From positions 448,001 through 512,000 of the forward strand of contig CAWAMW010000002.1 of assembly GCA_963783305.1 (NCBI GenBank): DNA of 64,000 nt. Direction: 5' to 3'. Source of the DNA: an uncultured Gemmatimonadales bacterium. Its GTDB lineage: Bacteria > Gemmatimonadota > Gemmatimonadetes > Longimicrobiales > RSA9. Numbering within the stretch: position 1 is the first letter of the stretch; every line of letters begins with the position of its first letter. Both the position numbers and the translations under genes were made by a program. The notes below the pieces were generated by a model, which saw only the letters and a list, made by a program, of their open reading frames with translations, was not told where the DNA came from and made no database searches. Shown one piece after another: positions 52,019-61,684 of the stretch.

Positions 52019-52303
52019 CGAGATGAAGTTCGCATCCTATCCCTCGTATTGCGACATCACGCCGCCGAACCGGAGCGCCGGGGAGGGCGCATGCCAGGCA
52101 TCGCGCCTCGACCACCGCGCAATTTTCTGCACAGCCCGCACGTTCTTGCGCGCAATCGGGCGCCTGTGCCGGACGGTTTTATGGTCCGTAAATATGTATG
52201 TGGCAACAGTTTACGGTGACACCGCACGAAGGGTCCCGACCTTGCCCGTGGCTGGGGTGCGAGACCTGGATCGGCCGGGTCGAACCACGAACATGGAGGG
52301 TTG

Positions 52304-53032
52304 ATGTCCGGAGGAGCAACGCTGCTTCTGGCGGTGGCGCTGGCCCAGGTCCCGGCGGGCGGTGCAGTGCCGGCCGGGATGGTGGATACGATCCCGACGC
52401 TGGCCGTTCGCCCGGAGCCACGGGTACGGTTCGACGCGGCGCTGGTGCCGCGGGGAGCGGTGGTGATCGAAGCGGGGTCGCAGCCGGCGTCTGCGGTGGA
52501 CGCGGAGTCGTGGGAGTCGTGGGATTTGGGTCGTGGGAACGGGTCGATCCCATCCCGGGTGGAGCCACTGGTGGCGGATACGCCGACGTCGCCGCCGCCG
52601 CTGATCGAGTACACGGACGCGTACTACAAGCGTCTCCAGATCCACAAGTGGGCGAGCTGGGCGATTCTGCCGGTGTTCGCGCTGCAATACGTGTCGGGTC
52701 AGAAGCTGGCGGACGAGGCGCCGGCGCCGGGTTGGGCGCGGGACGTCCACGGCCCCGCGGCGGCGGGAGTGGCGGCGCTGTTCGGGGTGAACACGGTCAC
52801 GGGTGTGTGGAACATGTGGGACGCGCGCCAGGACCCTTACGGTCGGAAGTGGAGGACGGCGCACAGCGTCCTGATGCTGCTGGCGGACGCGGGCTTCGTA
52901 GCGACGGGGATGCTGGCGGAGGACGCGGGGGAGGAAGGGGAAGTCGGGGCCCACCGAACCGTGGCGTTGACGTCGATGGGTGTCGCGCTGGCGAGTTGGG
53001 TGATGATGCTGCCGCCGTTGAGAAGGGACTGA
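52304..53032 (+). CDS. Hypothetical membrane protein with His-bearing TM helices
   Basis: RLQIHK, DVH, TAHS and AHR histidines in a 4-helix C-terminal part. Confidence 0.8.
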   Translation: MSGGATLLLAVALAQVPAGGAVPAGMVDTIPTLAVRPEPRVRFDAALVPRGAVVIEAGSQPASAVDAESWESWDLGRGNGSIPSRVEPLVADTPTSPPPLIEYTDAYYKRLQIHKWASWAILPVFALQYVSGQKLADEAPAPGWARDVHGPAAAGVAALFGVNTVTGVWNMWDARQDPYGRKWRTAHSVLMLLADAGFVATGMLAEDAGEEGEVGAHRTVALTSMGVALASWVMMLPPLRRD

Positions 53033-53033
53033 C

Positions 53034-53774
53034 ATGGGCACGACACTGCTGGAACCACTGGCCAACGCGGCGCAGCCGTGGGCGGATCTGTATGGCGACT
53101 CGACGCTCCTCCAGACGGGCATCCTGTTCGTGCACTTCGCCGGTCTCCTCGTGGCGGGCGGGTTCGCGGTGGCGTCGGACCGACTGGCGCTGCGGGTGGG
53201 ACTGGAGGACGGGCCGGGGCGGGAGACGGTGCTGCGGGAGCTCCACGCGGTGCACCGACCGGTCCTGATCGGGCTCGTTGTGGTGACGCTCACAGGGATC
53301 GCCATGGCGCTGGCCGACGCGCGCTACCTCCTTACCTCCCTGGTCTTCTGGCTGAAAATGGGAGCGTTCGGCGCGCTGCTGGTGAACGGGCTGTTCATGA
53401 TGCGGGCGGAGCGGCGGCTCCGGGGTGCGGCGAAAAAAGAGCGGGCCGAGCGGCTGGCCGCGCCTCTGGCGTCGTGGCCCCCGCTGCGTGTGGCCCGGGG
53501 CGGGGCCGCCGCGGGTCCTGACTTCTTCCTGGCGCCGGACTCGGTGCGGCCGCCCCTCGGACTGGTCCAACCGGACGGGCCGGCGGCGCCGGCACCCGGA
53601 GGCTGGGCGGGAATGGCGGTCCGAAGGGCCGGCCGGACGGAAGAAGGATACGTGGTGGACCGGCGAGCGTCGACGGATCGTTCCCCGTGGCGGAGCCTGC
53701 GTCTGGCGGCGCTCCGGAGCATGGGATTGTGGCTGCTGACGCTCCTGCTTGGCACCGCGCTGACGGCGATTTGA
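53034..53774 (+). CDS. Membrane protein (DUF6644-like) with a low-complexity insert
   Basis: LFVHFAGLL...TLTGIAM...FWLKM...LVNG. Confidence 0.75.
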   Translation: MGTTLLEPLANAAQPWADLYGDSTLLQTGILFVHFAGLLVAGGFAVASDRLALRVGLEDGPGRETVLRELHAVHRPVLIGLVVVTLTGIAMALADARYLLTSLVFWLKMGAFGALLVNGLFMMRAERRLRGAAKKERAERLAAPLASWPPLRVARGGAAAGPDFFLAPDSVRPPLGLVQPDGPAAPAPGGWAGMAVRRAGRTEEGYVVDRRASTDRSPWRSLRLAALRSMGLWLLTLLLGTALTAI

Positions 53775-53784
53775 GGGAGGAAGC

Positions 53785-54405
53785 ATGAAGAAGTTCGAGG
53801 ATGTGGGACCGGGTGGCCGTCGGAGCGAGCCGGGCGACGGGGAAACGGACGGGGCTGCGGAGGGAAGTGCGTGCTCGGGCTGTGGCGTCTGCGAGGACCC
53901 GCCGGGGTCGCGGCGCGAGTTCCTCCGGCAGGGAGCGCTGGCGCTTGCGCTGCTGGCGGGCACGCGACTGCCGCTGGTCGCCTCGGCATCGGGCATCCGG
54001 TTCGGCGCCGGTGGCGGCCGGGGCGGCGGTGTGACGTACGACGTCCCGGGGGAGGACGGAGCCACGATCGACCGGAGGAACCAGGTGATCCTGGTCCGGT
54101 GGGAGGGGAAGGTCTACGCGTTCGGGCTGTCGTGCCCGCATCAGCGGACGGTGCTGCGATGGGAGGAGGATGACGGTCGGTTCCAGTGCCCCAAGCATCA
54201 CTCGAAATACGCCGCGGACGGCCGCTACCTCGAGGGCCGTGCCACGCGGAGCATGGACCGGTATGCACTGCGGCTGGATGCGGGGCGGGTAATCGTGGAC
54301 ACGGGGCGTCTCTACCACGAGGATGATGACCCGGCGGAGTGGGAGGCCGCCGTCGTCGTCCTCGCGGGCGGAGCGCCGGCGACAGGAGATGGCCATGGGG
54401 TGTGA
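53785..54405 (+). CDS. Tat-exported Rieske [2Fe-2S] protein
   Basis: SRREFL; CPHQ...CPKHHS. Confidence 0.9.
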   Translation: MKKFEDVGPGGRRSEPGDGETDGAAEGSACSGCGVCEDPPGSRREFLRQGALALALLAGTRLPLVASASGIRFGAGGGRGGGVTYDVPGEDGATIDRRNQVILVRWEGKVYAFGLSCPHQRTVLRWEEDDGRFQCPKHHSKYAADGRYLEGRATRSMDRYALRLDAGRVIVDTGRLYHEDDDPAEWEAAVVVLAGGAPATGDGHGV

Positions 54406-54841
54406 GGGATGCGGCATGAGTCGACGCGGGTTCGTGGAGCGCGCCACCCTGGTAGCGGTGGCGGCGGTGCTGACGGGGTGCGACCTGTCCAGCCCGACGG
54501 GGGTGGGCGTCCCGACGGGGGGCCCGTACCAGGTCCGGCTGTCCGACTATCCGGCGCTGGCGGACATCGGCGGGGTAGCCCGGGTCCAGCTGGACGACGG
54601 GTCGGTGGTGGGCGTGGGCCGAACGGGGGTGAGCTCCTTCGAGGCGTACGGCCTCGCCTGCACGCACGAGGGCACCCAGGTCAGGGTCCAGGGCGACGGC
54701 TGGCACTGCCCGAGCCACGGGGCCGAATTCGACACCGCGGGCGGCGTCACCCGCGGGCCCGCCAACCGGGCGCTGGTGTCGGTGCCTTGTACGTACGACG
54801 CGGCGACCGGCACGCTGACGGTGAACGGCGACCCGGCGTAG
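54395..54841 (+). CDS. Tat-exported Rieske [2Fe-2S] lipoprotein
   Basis: SRRGFV, LTG-C lipobox; CTHEG...CPSHG. Confidence 0.9.
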   Translation: MGCEGCGMSRRGFVERATLVAVAAVLTGCDLSSPTGVGVPTGGPYQVRLSDYPALADIGGVARVQLDDGSVVGVGRTGVSSFEAYGLACTHEGTQVRVQGDGWHCPSHGAEFDTAGGVTRGPANRALVSVPCTYDAATGTLTVNGDPA

Positions 54842-54875
54842 GCCGCCGGTCGCCGGTCAGGTGCGGAAGCGCGCG

Positions 54876-56246
54876 TCAGTCGTCCTGGCGCATCCCGAGG
54901 CGGTCCAGCTTGTACCAGAGGGTGCGGACCGAGATGTCCAGGAGCTCCGCCGCCCGGGTCTTGTTGTCGTCGGTGGCGGCGAGGGCGGCCCGGATCGCCT
55001 GGCGCTCGGCGCGGGCGATGGCGTCCTCCAGCGGCTCTACGGCGGGCGCCGCCGCCGCCCCGCCCCGCGGCACGCCTGTCTCCGCGGCGGAGAGGGAGGT
55101 CAGGGCGGTGGTGGTGAGGAGGCCGTCCCGTGCGAGGATCACGGCGCGCTCGAGGACATTGTTGAGCTCGCGGACGTTCCCGGGCCAGGCGTAGGCCTCG
55201 AGGCGGCGAACGGCGTCGTCGGCGAGGCGGAGCTGGCGGCCGGCGCGGCTGGCGAAGCGCTCGACGGCCTGGATGGCCAGGGGGGCGATGTCCTGGGGCC
55301 GGTCCCGGAGCGGCGGGACGTGGAGGGGGAAGACGTTGAGGCGGTAGAAGAGGTCGGCTCGAAAGGAGCGGTCCTCGACCATGGCCGGGAGGTCGCGGTG
55401 GGTGGCGGCGATGACCCGCACGTCCACGCGGCGGAGCACGTTGGACCCGAGGCGCTCGACGGCGCTCTCCTGGAGGACGCGGAGCAGCTTGGCCTGCATG
55501 GCGGCGGGCATGTCCCCGATCTCATCGAGGAAGAGGGTGCCGCCATCGGCGAGCTCGAACTTCCCCGGCCGGTCCTCGGTTGCGCCGGTGAAGGCGCCGC
55601 GGGTGACGCCGAAGAGCTCGGCCTCCAGGAGCTCCCCGGGGATCGCCGCACAGTTGAGGGCCACGAAGAGGGAGTCGCCGCGGTCGGAGCGGGCGTGGAT
55701 GGCCCGCGCCACCAGCTCCTTGCCGACGCCCGTCTCGCCCGTGATCAGGACAGTGCTGGGAACGGGCGCGACCCGCTCGATGGCGTCGACGACCTCGCGC
55801 ATCCCGGGGCTCGCAGCGACCATTCCCTCGAAGTCCGGCGCGGCCACCTCCCTGAGGTATGCGATCTCGCGCTCGGCACGGTGCACGTCGAGGCCACGGC
55901 GGACCAGCGTCTCGATCTCGTCCACGGAGAACGGCTTCACCACGTAGTCGAACGCGCCCAGCTTCATGGCCTCCACGGCCGTTTCCACCGTGCCGAACGC
56001 GGTCATGAGGATGACCGGGAGGTCGTCGCGTTCGGCGGCGATCTCTTTCAGCAGGTCGATCCCGGTCCCGTCGGGGAGCTGGAGGTCGGCGAGCACGAGC
56101 CGCACCCGCTCCTCTTCTATCTTGGACCGGGCCCCGGCCAGGTCTTCCGCCAGATGGACGGTGAACCCGGCGTCGGTCAGGGCCATCTCCAGCACCCGGC
56201 GGATGCGGGGCTCGTCGTCCACCACCAGGATCGGCGATTCCGTCAT
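54876..56246 (-). CDS. Sigma-54-dependent response regulator (NtrC/AtoC-like)
   Basis: REC domain (VVDD, LAD), GETGVGKE, GAFTGA, FLDE, C-terminal Fis HTH. Confidence 0.96.
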   Translation of the reverse strand: MTESPILVVDDEPRIRRVLEMALTDAGFTVHLAEDLAGARSKIEEERVRLVLADLQLPDGTGIDLLKEIAAERDDLPVILMTAFGTVETAVEAMKLGAFDYVVKPFSVDEIETLVRRGLDVHRAEREIAYLREVAAPDFEGMVAASPGMREVVDAIERVAPVPSTVLITGETGVGKELVARAIHARSDRGDSLFVALNCAAIPGELLEAELFGVTRGAFTGATEDRPGKFELADGGTLFLDEIGDMPAAMQAKLLRVLQESAVERLGSNVLRRVDVRVIAATHRDLPAMVEDRSFRADLFYRLNVFPLHVPPLRDRPQDIAPLAIQAVERFASRAGRQLRLADDAVRRLEAYAWPGNVRELNNVLERAVILARDGLLTTTALTSLSAAETGVPRGGAAAAPAVEPLEDAIARAERQAIRAALAATDDNKTRAAELLDISVRTLWYKLDRLGMRQDD

Positions 56247-57910
56247 GCGCTCTCCCCTTCCGCGGCCGGGAGCGAGACGCGCACCCGCGTCCCCTCCCCC
56301 AGCGTGGATTCGATGGTCGCCTCGCCTCCGTGGGCCCGGGCGATCCGGCGGACCAGCGGCAGGCCAAGCCCGGTCCCGCCGCGACGCGTTGTGACGAACG
56401 GCGTCCACACCTCCTCGCGGCGTTCGGGGTCGATCCCGGGCCCATCGTCCCTGACCTCGAGCACGGCGGTGCCGTTGGCGACCGCCGTCCGCAGCTCGAC
56501 GGTCCCCGCGTGCGCTGCCTCCATGGCATTCGTCGCGAGGTTGAGGGCGACCTGGTACAGCTGCTCCTCGTCCCCGCGGACCGGCGCAGGGTCGAGCACG
56601 GTCCGGAGCGTTATGCTCTCCTCCGCAGCGCGACCGGCCAGCGCGGTGGCGGCGCGGGCGGCCACGGCGGCCAGGTCGGCGGGGCCCATCTCGGGCGGAC
56701 GGGGCCGGGCGAAGACCAGCAGATCGCTGACCAGCCGCTCCAGTCGCATGATCTCCTCCTCCACGAACGAGACCAGCTCGATGCCGCGCTCGTCCTCGCC
56801 CACTCGCTTGCGGAGCATGTCGGCCGAGCCGCGAAGCACGGCCAGCGGGGTGCGGATCTCGTGGGCCAGCACGGCGGCCATGGCGCCCATGGCCGCCAGG
56901 CTCTCCTGGTGTGCCAGCGCCACCCGCGATGCCTCCAGCCGCCGGACCATGGTGGCGAGGGCGCCGGCCAGCACGCGGACCTCGCGGGGCGCGCCCTCGG
57001 GAGCCCGGAAGTCGGGCGCCTCGTCGCCTCCCGCCTCCACCTGCCGCGCGCTCGCCGTGAGCCGGCGGAGGGCGGCCGTGTTGGAGCGGGCTACCAGAAG
57101 CCCGGCCGGGACGGTGACGGCGAGGAGAACCAGGGCGAGGAGGGCGAACTGGCGGCGGGTGGCCCGGAGAGGGCGGAGCGCCTCGTCCAGCGGCGCGGCG
57201 AGGGCGAGGCGGACGGTATCGTCGCCAATCGGCACCGCGATGGGCGGCGACCGGAGCCGCCGGCGGTCCGGACCCGGGGCGGTGTCGGGGAGGAGCTCGA
57301 GGGCGGCCATGTGCTCGCCCGCGGCTTCACGGAGGAGTGGCTGCCATGGGGAGAGGAGCGTGATCCGGCCGAGGGGTCGGGCGTCGGCCCGGGAGGTGAC
57401 CGGCGCGTGGACCGCCACGACCCGCCCGAGCTCCGGGTCCTCGGCCAGGTGGAGGGAGGCGTCGCCATGGGCGGGCACGGGGAGCCGGGCCCACGCCCGG
57501 TCGGCCACGGACCGCCCGATCCAGCTGACGTCGGACGCGGCAATGACCTGGCCCGCGGGGTCAATCCCCAGCGCGATGGCGTCGCCACGGAAGCTGTCGG
57601 CGAGGCGGACGAGAGCGGAGGCGAGGCGCTTGTCGACGTCGTCGACGGCGAGATCCTGTGCCGCCTCGAGCTCGGGCCATGCGGAGACCAGGCGGCGGCG
57701 GAGCGCGATTCCGCGCTCGAGACGATCGGCCACGAGACGATCCCGGGCCTCGAGCTCGGCGGTGACGCGGCGGACGAGCTCCCGCCGACCGCGCACGTAC
57801 TCCACGCCGCCCACTACCGCGGTGGTGAGCACCACGAACGCGACCAGCGCGAAGCCCAGTCGGGCTCCGAGCGTGTCGAGCCTGCGATTCGCGGTCGGCG
57901 TCGAACCCAT
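56243..57910 (-). CDS. Membrane sensor histidine kinase
   Basis: 2 TM helices, HAMP, LAHEIRTPL, N box, DDGPG, GTGLGL. Confidence 0.94.
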   Translation of the reverse strand: MGSTPTANRRLDTLGARLGFALVAFVVLTTAVVGGVEYVRGRRELVRRVTAELEARDRLVADRLERGIALRRRLVSAWPELEAAQDLAVDDVDKRLASALVRLADSFRGDAIALGIDPAGQVIAASDVSWIGRSVADRAWARLPVPAHGDASLHLAEDPELGRVVAVHAPVTSRADARPLGRITLLSPWQPLLREAAGEHMAALELLPDTAPGPDRRRLRSPPIAVPIGDDTVRLALAAPLDEALRPLRATRRQFALLALVLLAVTVPAGLLVARSNTAALRRLTASARQVEAGGDEAPDFRAPEGAPREVRVLAGALATMVRRLEASRVALAHQESLAAMGAMAAVLAHEIRTPLAVLRGSADMLRKRVGEDERGIELVSFVEEEIMRLERLVSDLLVFARPRPPEMGPADLAAVAARAATALAGRAAEESITLRTVLDPAPVRGDEEQLYQVALNLATNAMEAAHAGTVELRTAVANGTAVLEVRDDGPGIDPERREEVWTPFVTTRRGGTGLGLPLVRRIARAHGGEATIESTLGEGTRVRVSLPAAEGESA

Positions 57911-57944
57911 GATATCCTTCCCGCTCAACGAGGCACCCAGTTCG

Positions 57945-59072
57945 ATGACGATGAACCCGATCCCGATGCGGTCCCGATTCCTGCGCGGCCTGGCCGCCGG
58001 CGCGCTCCTGGCGCTTCTTGCCGGCCCGGCGGCGGCGCAGCTGCCATCGCCGCCCGTGAGCAGCGCCGAGCGGCTGCACATCGGCGGCTACGGTGGCGCC
58101 GTCTTCGGGCACGACACCGCTCCCGGCGTCGGCACCGAGACCGGCATCAGCGAGGCAAACGCGGCGCTGCTCTTCTCCGGGACGCTGGTGCGGAGGTTAA
58201 GCTATTTCGGGGAGCTGGAGGCGGCCAGTACGACCCGACAGAACTGGACCGGGAACGACGAGGACGACGCCCTCGTCCTGGAGCGGCTCTACATCGAGTA
58301 CGCGTTCGGCGACGCACTGCGGCTGCGCGCGGGGCGCTTCCTCACCCCCGTAGGCCAGTGGAACGAGATCCACGCGGAGCCGCTGACATGGACGGCCCGG
58401 CGCCCCCTCACCACCTACCGGCCGTTCGCCAAGAGCATGACCGGAATCATGGCCGCGGGCCAGATCGTCGTCGCCGGGCACGACGCCGGCTACGCCGCCT
58501 ACGCCTCCGTCCCCCGCGGACTCGTGCGGGACGACGAGGAGAGCCACTTCCTGCACGCGTTCGGCACCCGGGGGGCCCTCGAGATCATACCCGGGCTCTA
58601 CCTCGGCGCGAGCGCCGTGGCGTTTCGCGCGTCCCGCCCCGTCGGGCCCGATGACGACGGGGAGTCGGAAGTGGACGAGGCCGAGGCCGGCGAGAGCGCC
58701 GAGCACGAGGCGTGGGAGGAGGATTCCGGGGACCGGTTCCTCGGCGGCCTGGACCTGTCCTGGCGCTTCGCCGGCGCCGAGCTCCTCGCCGAGGCGACGG
58801 CCCTGTCGGGCACCGACGCGACCCCTGCCGAGCGCGGCGCGTTCCTGCAGCTCGCGGTGCCGCTGCTCCGATCCGGACGAGTCCGCCTTCACGCTGTGGG
58901 CCGCAGCGAGTACTACGACCCCGTGGTCGACCGGCCCCTTGCGGTCCACACCCTCGGCCTGGCACTCCGGCCCACACGACACCTGACGGTAAAGGTGGAA
59001 CGCCAGCTCACCGACCGCCCCTCCTACCGCGTCCGGGACGGATGGTACGTCTCGCTGTCGGGGATTTTCTGA
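57945..59072 (+). CDS. Outer-membrane porin-like beta-barrel
   Basis: Signal peptide, ERLYIEY, RAGRFLTPVGQWN, C-terminal Phe. Confidence 0.85.
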   Translation: MTMNPIPMRSRFLRGLAAGALLALLAGPAAAQLPSPPVSSAERLHIGGYGGAVFGHDTAPGVGTETGISEANAALLFSGTLVRRLSYFGELEAASTTRQNWTGNDEDDALVLERLYIEYAFGDALRLRAGRFLTPVGQWNEIHAEPLTWTARRPLTTYRPFAKSMTGIMAAGQIVVAGHDAGYAAYASVPRGLVRDDEESHFLHAFGTRGALEIIPGLYLGASAVAFRASRPVGPDDDGESEVDEAEAGESAEHEAWEEDSGDRFLGGLDLSWRFAGAELLAEATALSGTDATPAERGAFLQLAVPLLRSGRVRLHAVGRSEYYDPVVDRPLAVHTLGLALRPTRHLTVKVERQLTDRPSYRVRDGWYVSLSGIF

Positions 59073-59554
59073 GGCCGGAGTGGGCCGTACGGGCCCCGAT
59101 CCTCGCTCTCGTGCTGGCGCTTGCGGGGGCCGCACCGGTGCGCGCGCAGGCTGCGCCCAGTGCCCCCGTACCGCCACGGATCCTGGTCATCGCGAATCCC
59201 GATGTCCCACTGGATTCCGCCGGGATGACCGCGGCTGATGTGCGCCGAATCTTCCTCCTCCGGCGCCGGTTCTGGAGCGACGGCCGCCGGGCGGCTCCGG
59301 TGAACCTCCCGGCGACGAGCGCGCTCCGGGATCGCTTCTCCCGGGAGTTCCTGGGTCAGCCGCCCCTGGAGCTCGCCGACTACTGGAACGACCTCTATTT
59401 CCACGGCGTCGAGCCTCCGCCGGTGATGGAGTCCGAGCGGGCGGTGCAGCTGTACGTGGCCCGGACCCCCGGCGCCATCGGGTACATCGGGGCGACCGCG
59501 GTGGACCCCACGGTCCCGGTACGGGTGGTACCGATCCGCGGCGGTCCCGGATGA
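59042..59554 (+). CDS. Small periplasmic PBP-like protein
   Basis: VIANP...VRRIFL...YWNDLYFHG...VARTPGAIGYI. Start is uncertain. Confidence 0.8.
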   Translation: MVRLAVGDFLRPEWAVRAPILALVLALAGAAPVRAQAAPSAPVPPRILVIANPDVPLDSAGMTAADVRRIFLLRRRFWSDGRRAAPVNLPATSALRDRFSREFLGQPPLELADYWNDLYFHGVEPPPVMESERAVQLYVARTPGAIGYIGATAVDPTVPVRVVPIRGGPG

Positions 59555-59655
59555 GGGCCCGGGGGTGCGGGATTTGCGGCTCGCGCCAGTAGACCGGCGG
59601 AGCCCGAGGTCGCAACGCGGCGTCACCCGCGCAGAATGCTGAACCGCGCGGTACA

Positions 59656-61578
59656 ATGAGAATAGGGACGGACGGATCGGGACGGGGCCTGCTGACGGTC
59701 CTGGCACTGGTAGTGGGAGGAACGTTCCTGGGGGCCGGTGTCCGATGGCGGGGGATGGAAGCGTCGGGAGCGGAGGCCGCTGCGGTCACTGCGGTATCGC
59801 AGGACCCAGGGGCGGTCTTCGCCGTGTTGCCGGACCAGATGCCGGGCGCCGAGGAGGACACCCCGGAGCTGGTGGAGCTCGGGCGTAAACTGTATTTCGA
59901 GACGGCGTTCTCGGGCGACGGATCCATGTCGTGCAACACCTGCCACCGGATCGACGAGGAGCTGGCGGGGACGGACTATCAGAGGACGTCGAAGGGGGTC
60001 CGCGGCAACATGGGGCCGCGCAACTCGCCGACCACGCTGAACGCCGGGTACCAGATGGGCCAGTTCTGGGACGCCCGGGCCAGGGACCTCCAGGAGCAGG
60101 CGGGCGGCCCTCCCCTTAATCCCATCGAGATGGCCATGCCCGACTCGGCGGCCGCCGAGAACGCGCTCGGGGCCCTCCCCCACTACCGTGAAGCCTTCGC
60201 GGCGGCGTTCCCCGGCGAGGCTCAGCCGGTCACATTCACGAACATGACGCGCGCCATAGCGGCCTTCGAGCGGACGCTGCGTACGCCCGCTCGGCTGGAC
60301 GCGTACCTGGAGGGCGACCATGGCGCGCTCACCGAGGCGGAGATCCGAGGGATGCAGACCTACGTGGACGTGGGCTGCGCTACCTGCCACCGGGGCGCGC
60401 TCCTGGGCGGTGACCGCATGATGAAGATGGGGCAGGTCCACGCCTACACCTGGAGCGACGACCAGGGGGCGGGCGGCCAGATGTTCAAGGTGCCCCAGCT
60501 GCGCAACGTCACCCTGACACCGCCCTACTTCCACGACGGGCAGGCGGAGACCATCGCGGAAGCGGTGGACCGGATGGCATGGCTCCAGCTCGGTCGAGAG
60601 CTGGAGCGGGACGAGATGCTCGACATCCTGCGCTTCCTGACCGCCACGGCCGACGTGGAGCGAACGGTGGAGGACTCCTGGCCCGAGGAGGGCTGGTGGC
60701 AGCCGCGCTCGCCCCGCACCGTCCCCGAGGGTGAGGCCGCCTACGGTCTGCGCCTGCTGACAGAGACCCCCGAGCTTCTGGGCCTCGACGACGGGACGGC
60801 CGGACACGCGGTGGGCAACGACCTGAGCTGCACCAGCTGTCACCAGGATCAGGGTGTGAAGCGCTACGGGATGCCATGGGTCGGTGTCACCGACCGCTAC
60901 CCGACGTTCCGGGGCCGCTCGGGTGCTGTGGCGGGGCTCGACGCCCGGATCAACGGGTGCATGGAGCGCAGCATGAACGGCCAGCCCATCGATCCCGACA
61001 GCCGCGAGATGAAGGCCATGCAGGCCTACTTCGCCTGGCTGTCGGAGAGCGTGCCGGAAGACCTCGAGGGCGCGGGCACGCCCGAATTCGACCGCCCGGA
61101 GCGGCGCGCGGACCTGGAGGCAGGCCGCGTTGTCTACACGGGCAAATGCCACTCGTGCCACGGACCCCACGGCACCGGGTACGAGAACCGGGCGGGGCGG
61201 GTGATCGTGCCACCGCTCTGGGGCGACCGCAGCTACAACGAGGGTGCGGGCATGACGCGCACCCTCACGGCCGCGCCGTTCATCCAGGCGAACATGCCCC
61301 TGGGCACACCGTTCAACCGGCCGACGCTCAGCGCGGAAGAGGCCTATGACGTGGCCGCGTTCATGAACTCGCACGAGCGGCCCATCAAGGTCAGGAAGAA
61401 CACCGATTACCCGAACCTGCTGGACAAGCCGATCGACGCGCCATACCCGCCGTACGCCGACGACTACCCGGTGGATCAGCACCGATTCGGGCCGTTCGGG
61501 CCCATCGAGCGGGCGCACGAGCGGATGAAGCAGCGGACGGACAGCGTCCCGAACCCGTACGTGGAGAAGGGCCGCTAG
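59656..61578 (+). CDS. Tetraheme fusion: diheme cytochrome c peroxidase domain plus TsdA-like thiosulfate dehydrogenase domain
   Basis: CNTCH, RNSPTTLNA, QFWDARA, CATCH, FKVPQLRN, PYFHDG; then CTSCH, RINGCMERSMNG, CHSCH, PPLWGDRSYNEGAGM, NMPLG. Confidence 0.9.
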   Translation: MRIGTDGSGRGLLTVLALVVGGTFLGAGVRWRGMEASGAEAAAVTAVSQDPGAVFAVLPDQMPGAEEDTPELVELGRKLYFETAFSGDGSMSCNTCHRIDEELAGTDYQRTSKGVRGNMGPRNSPTTLNAGYQMGQFWDARARDLQEQAGGPPLNPIEMAMPDSAAAENALGALPHYREAFAAAFPGEAQPVTFTNMTRAIAAFERTLRTPARLDAYLEGDHGALTEAEIRGMQTYVDVGCATCHRGALLGGDRMMKMGQVHAYTWSDDQGAGGQMFKVPQLRNVTLTPPYFHDGQAETIAEAVDRMAWLQLGRELERDEMLDILRFLTATADVERTVEDSWPEEGWWQPRSPRTVPEGEAAYGLRLLTETPELLGLDDGTAGHAVGNDLSCTSCHQDQGVKRYGMPWVGVTDRYPTFRGRSGAVAGLDARINGCMERSMNGQPIDPDSREMKAMQAYFAWLSESVPEDLEGAGTPEFDRPERRADLEAGRVVYTGKCHSCHGPHGTGYENRAGRVIVPPLWGDRSYNEGAGMTRTLTAAPFIQANMPLGTPFNRPTLSAEEAYDVAAFMNSHERPIKVRKNTDYPNLLDKPIDAPYPPYADDYPVDQHRFGPFGPIERAHERMKQRTDSVPNPYVEKGR

Positions 61579-61684
61579 CCACGATGATCCAGCGCCAGCG
61601 CCCCGGGCTCGCCTTTGCGGGTCCGGGGCGCCGGTCCTCGTCGGGGATGGATCGAGCGGAGTCCGAAGCGCGGGCGGGTGCCGT

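Noticed and set aside
54861..57944. 1403-aa plus-strand ORF
   Set aside because: Its first ~1030 codons are the antisense shadow of the two-component genes; only 57945-59072 is a credible gene.
59563..59578. Sigma-54 promoter before CCP-TsdA (GG-TGCGGGATTT-GC)
   Set aside because: The spacing fits but the -24 box is poor; such matches are frequent in GC-rich DNA.
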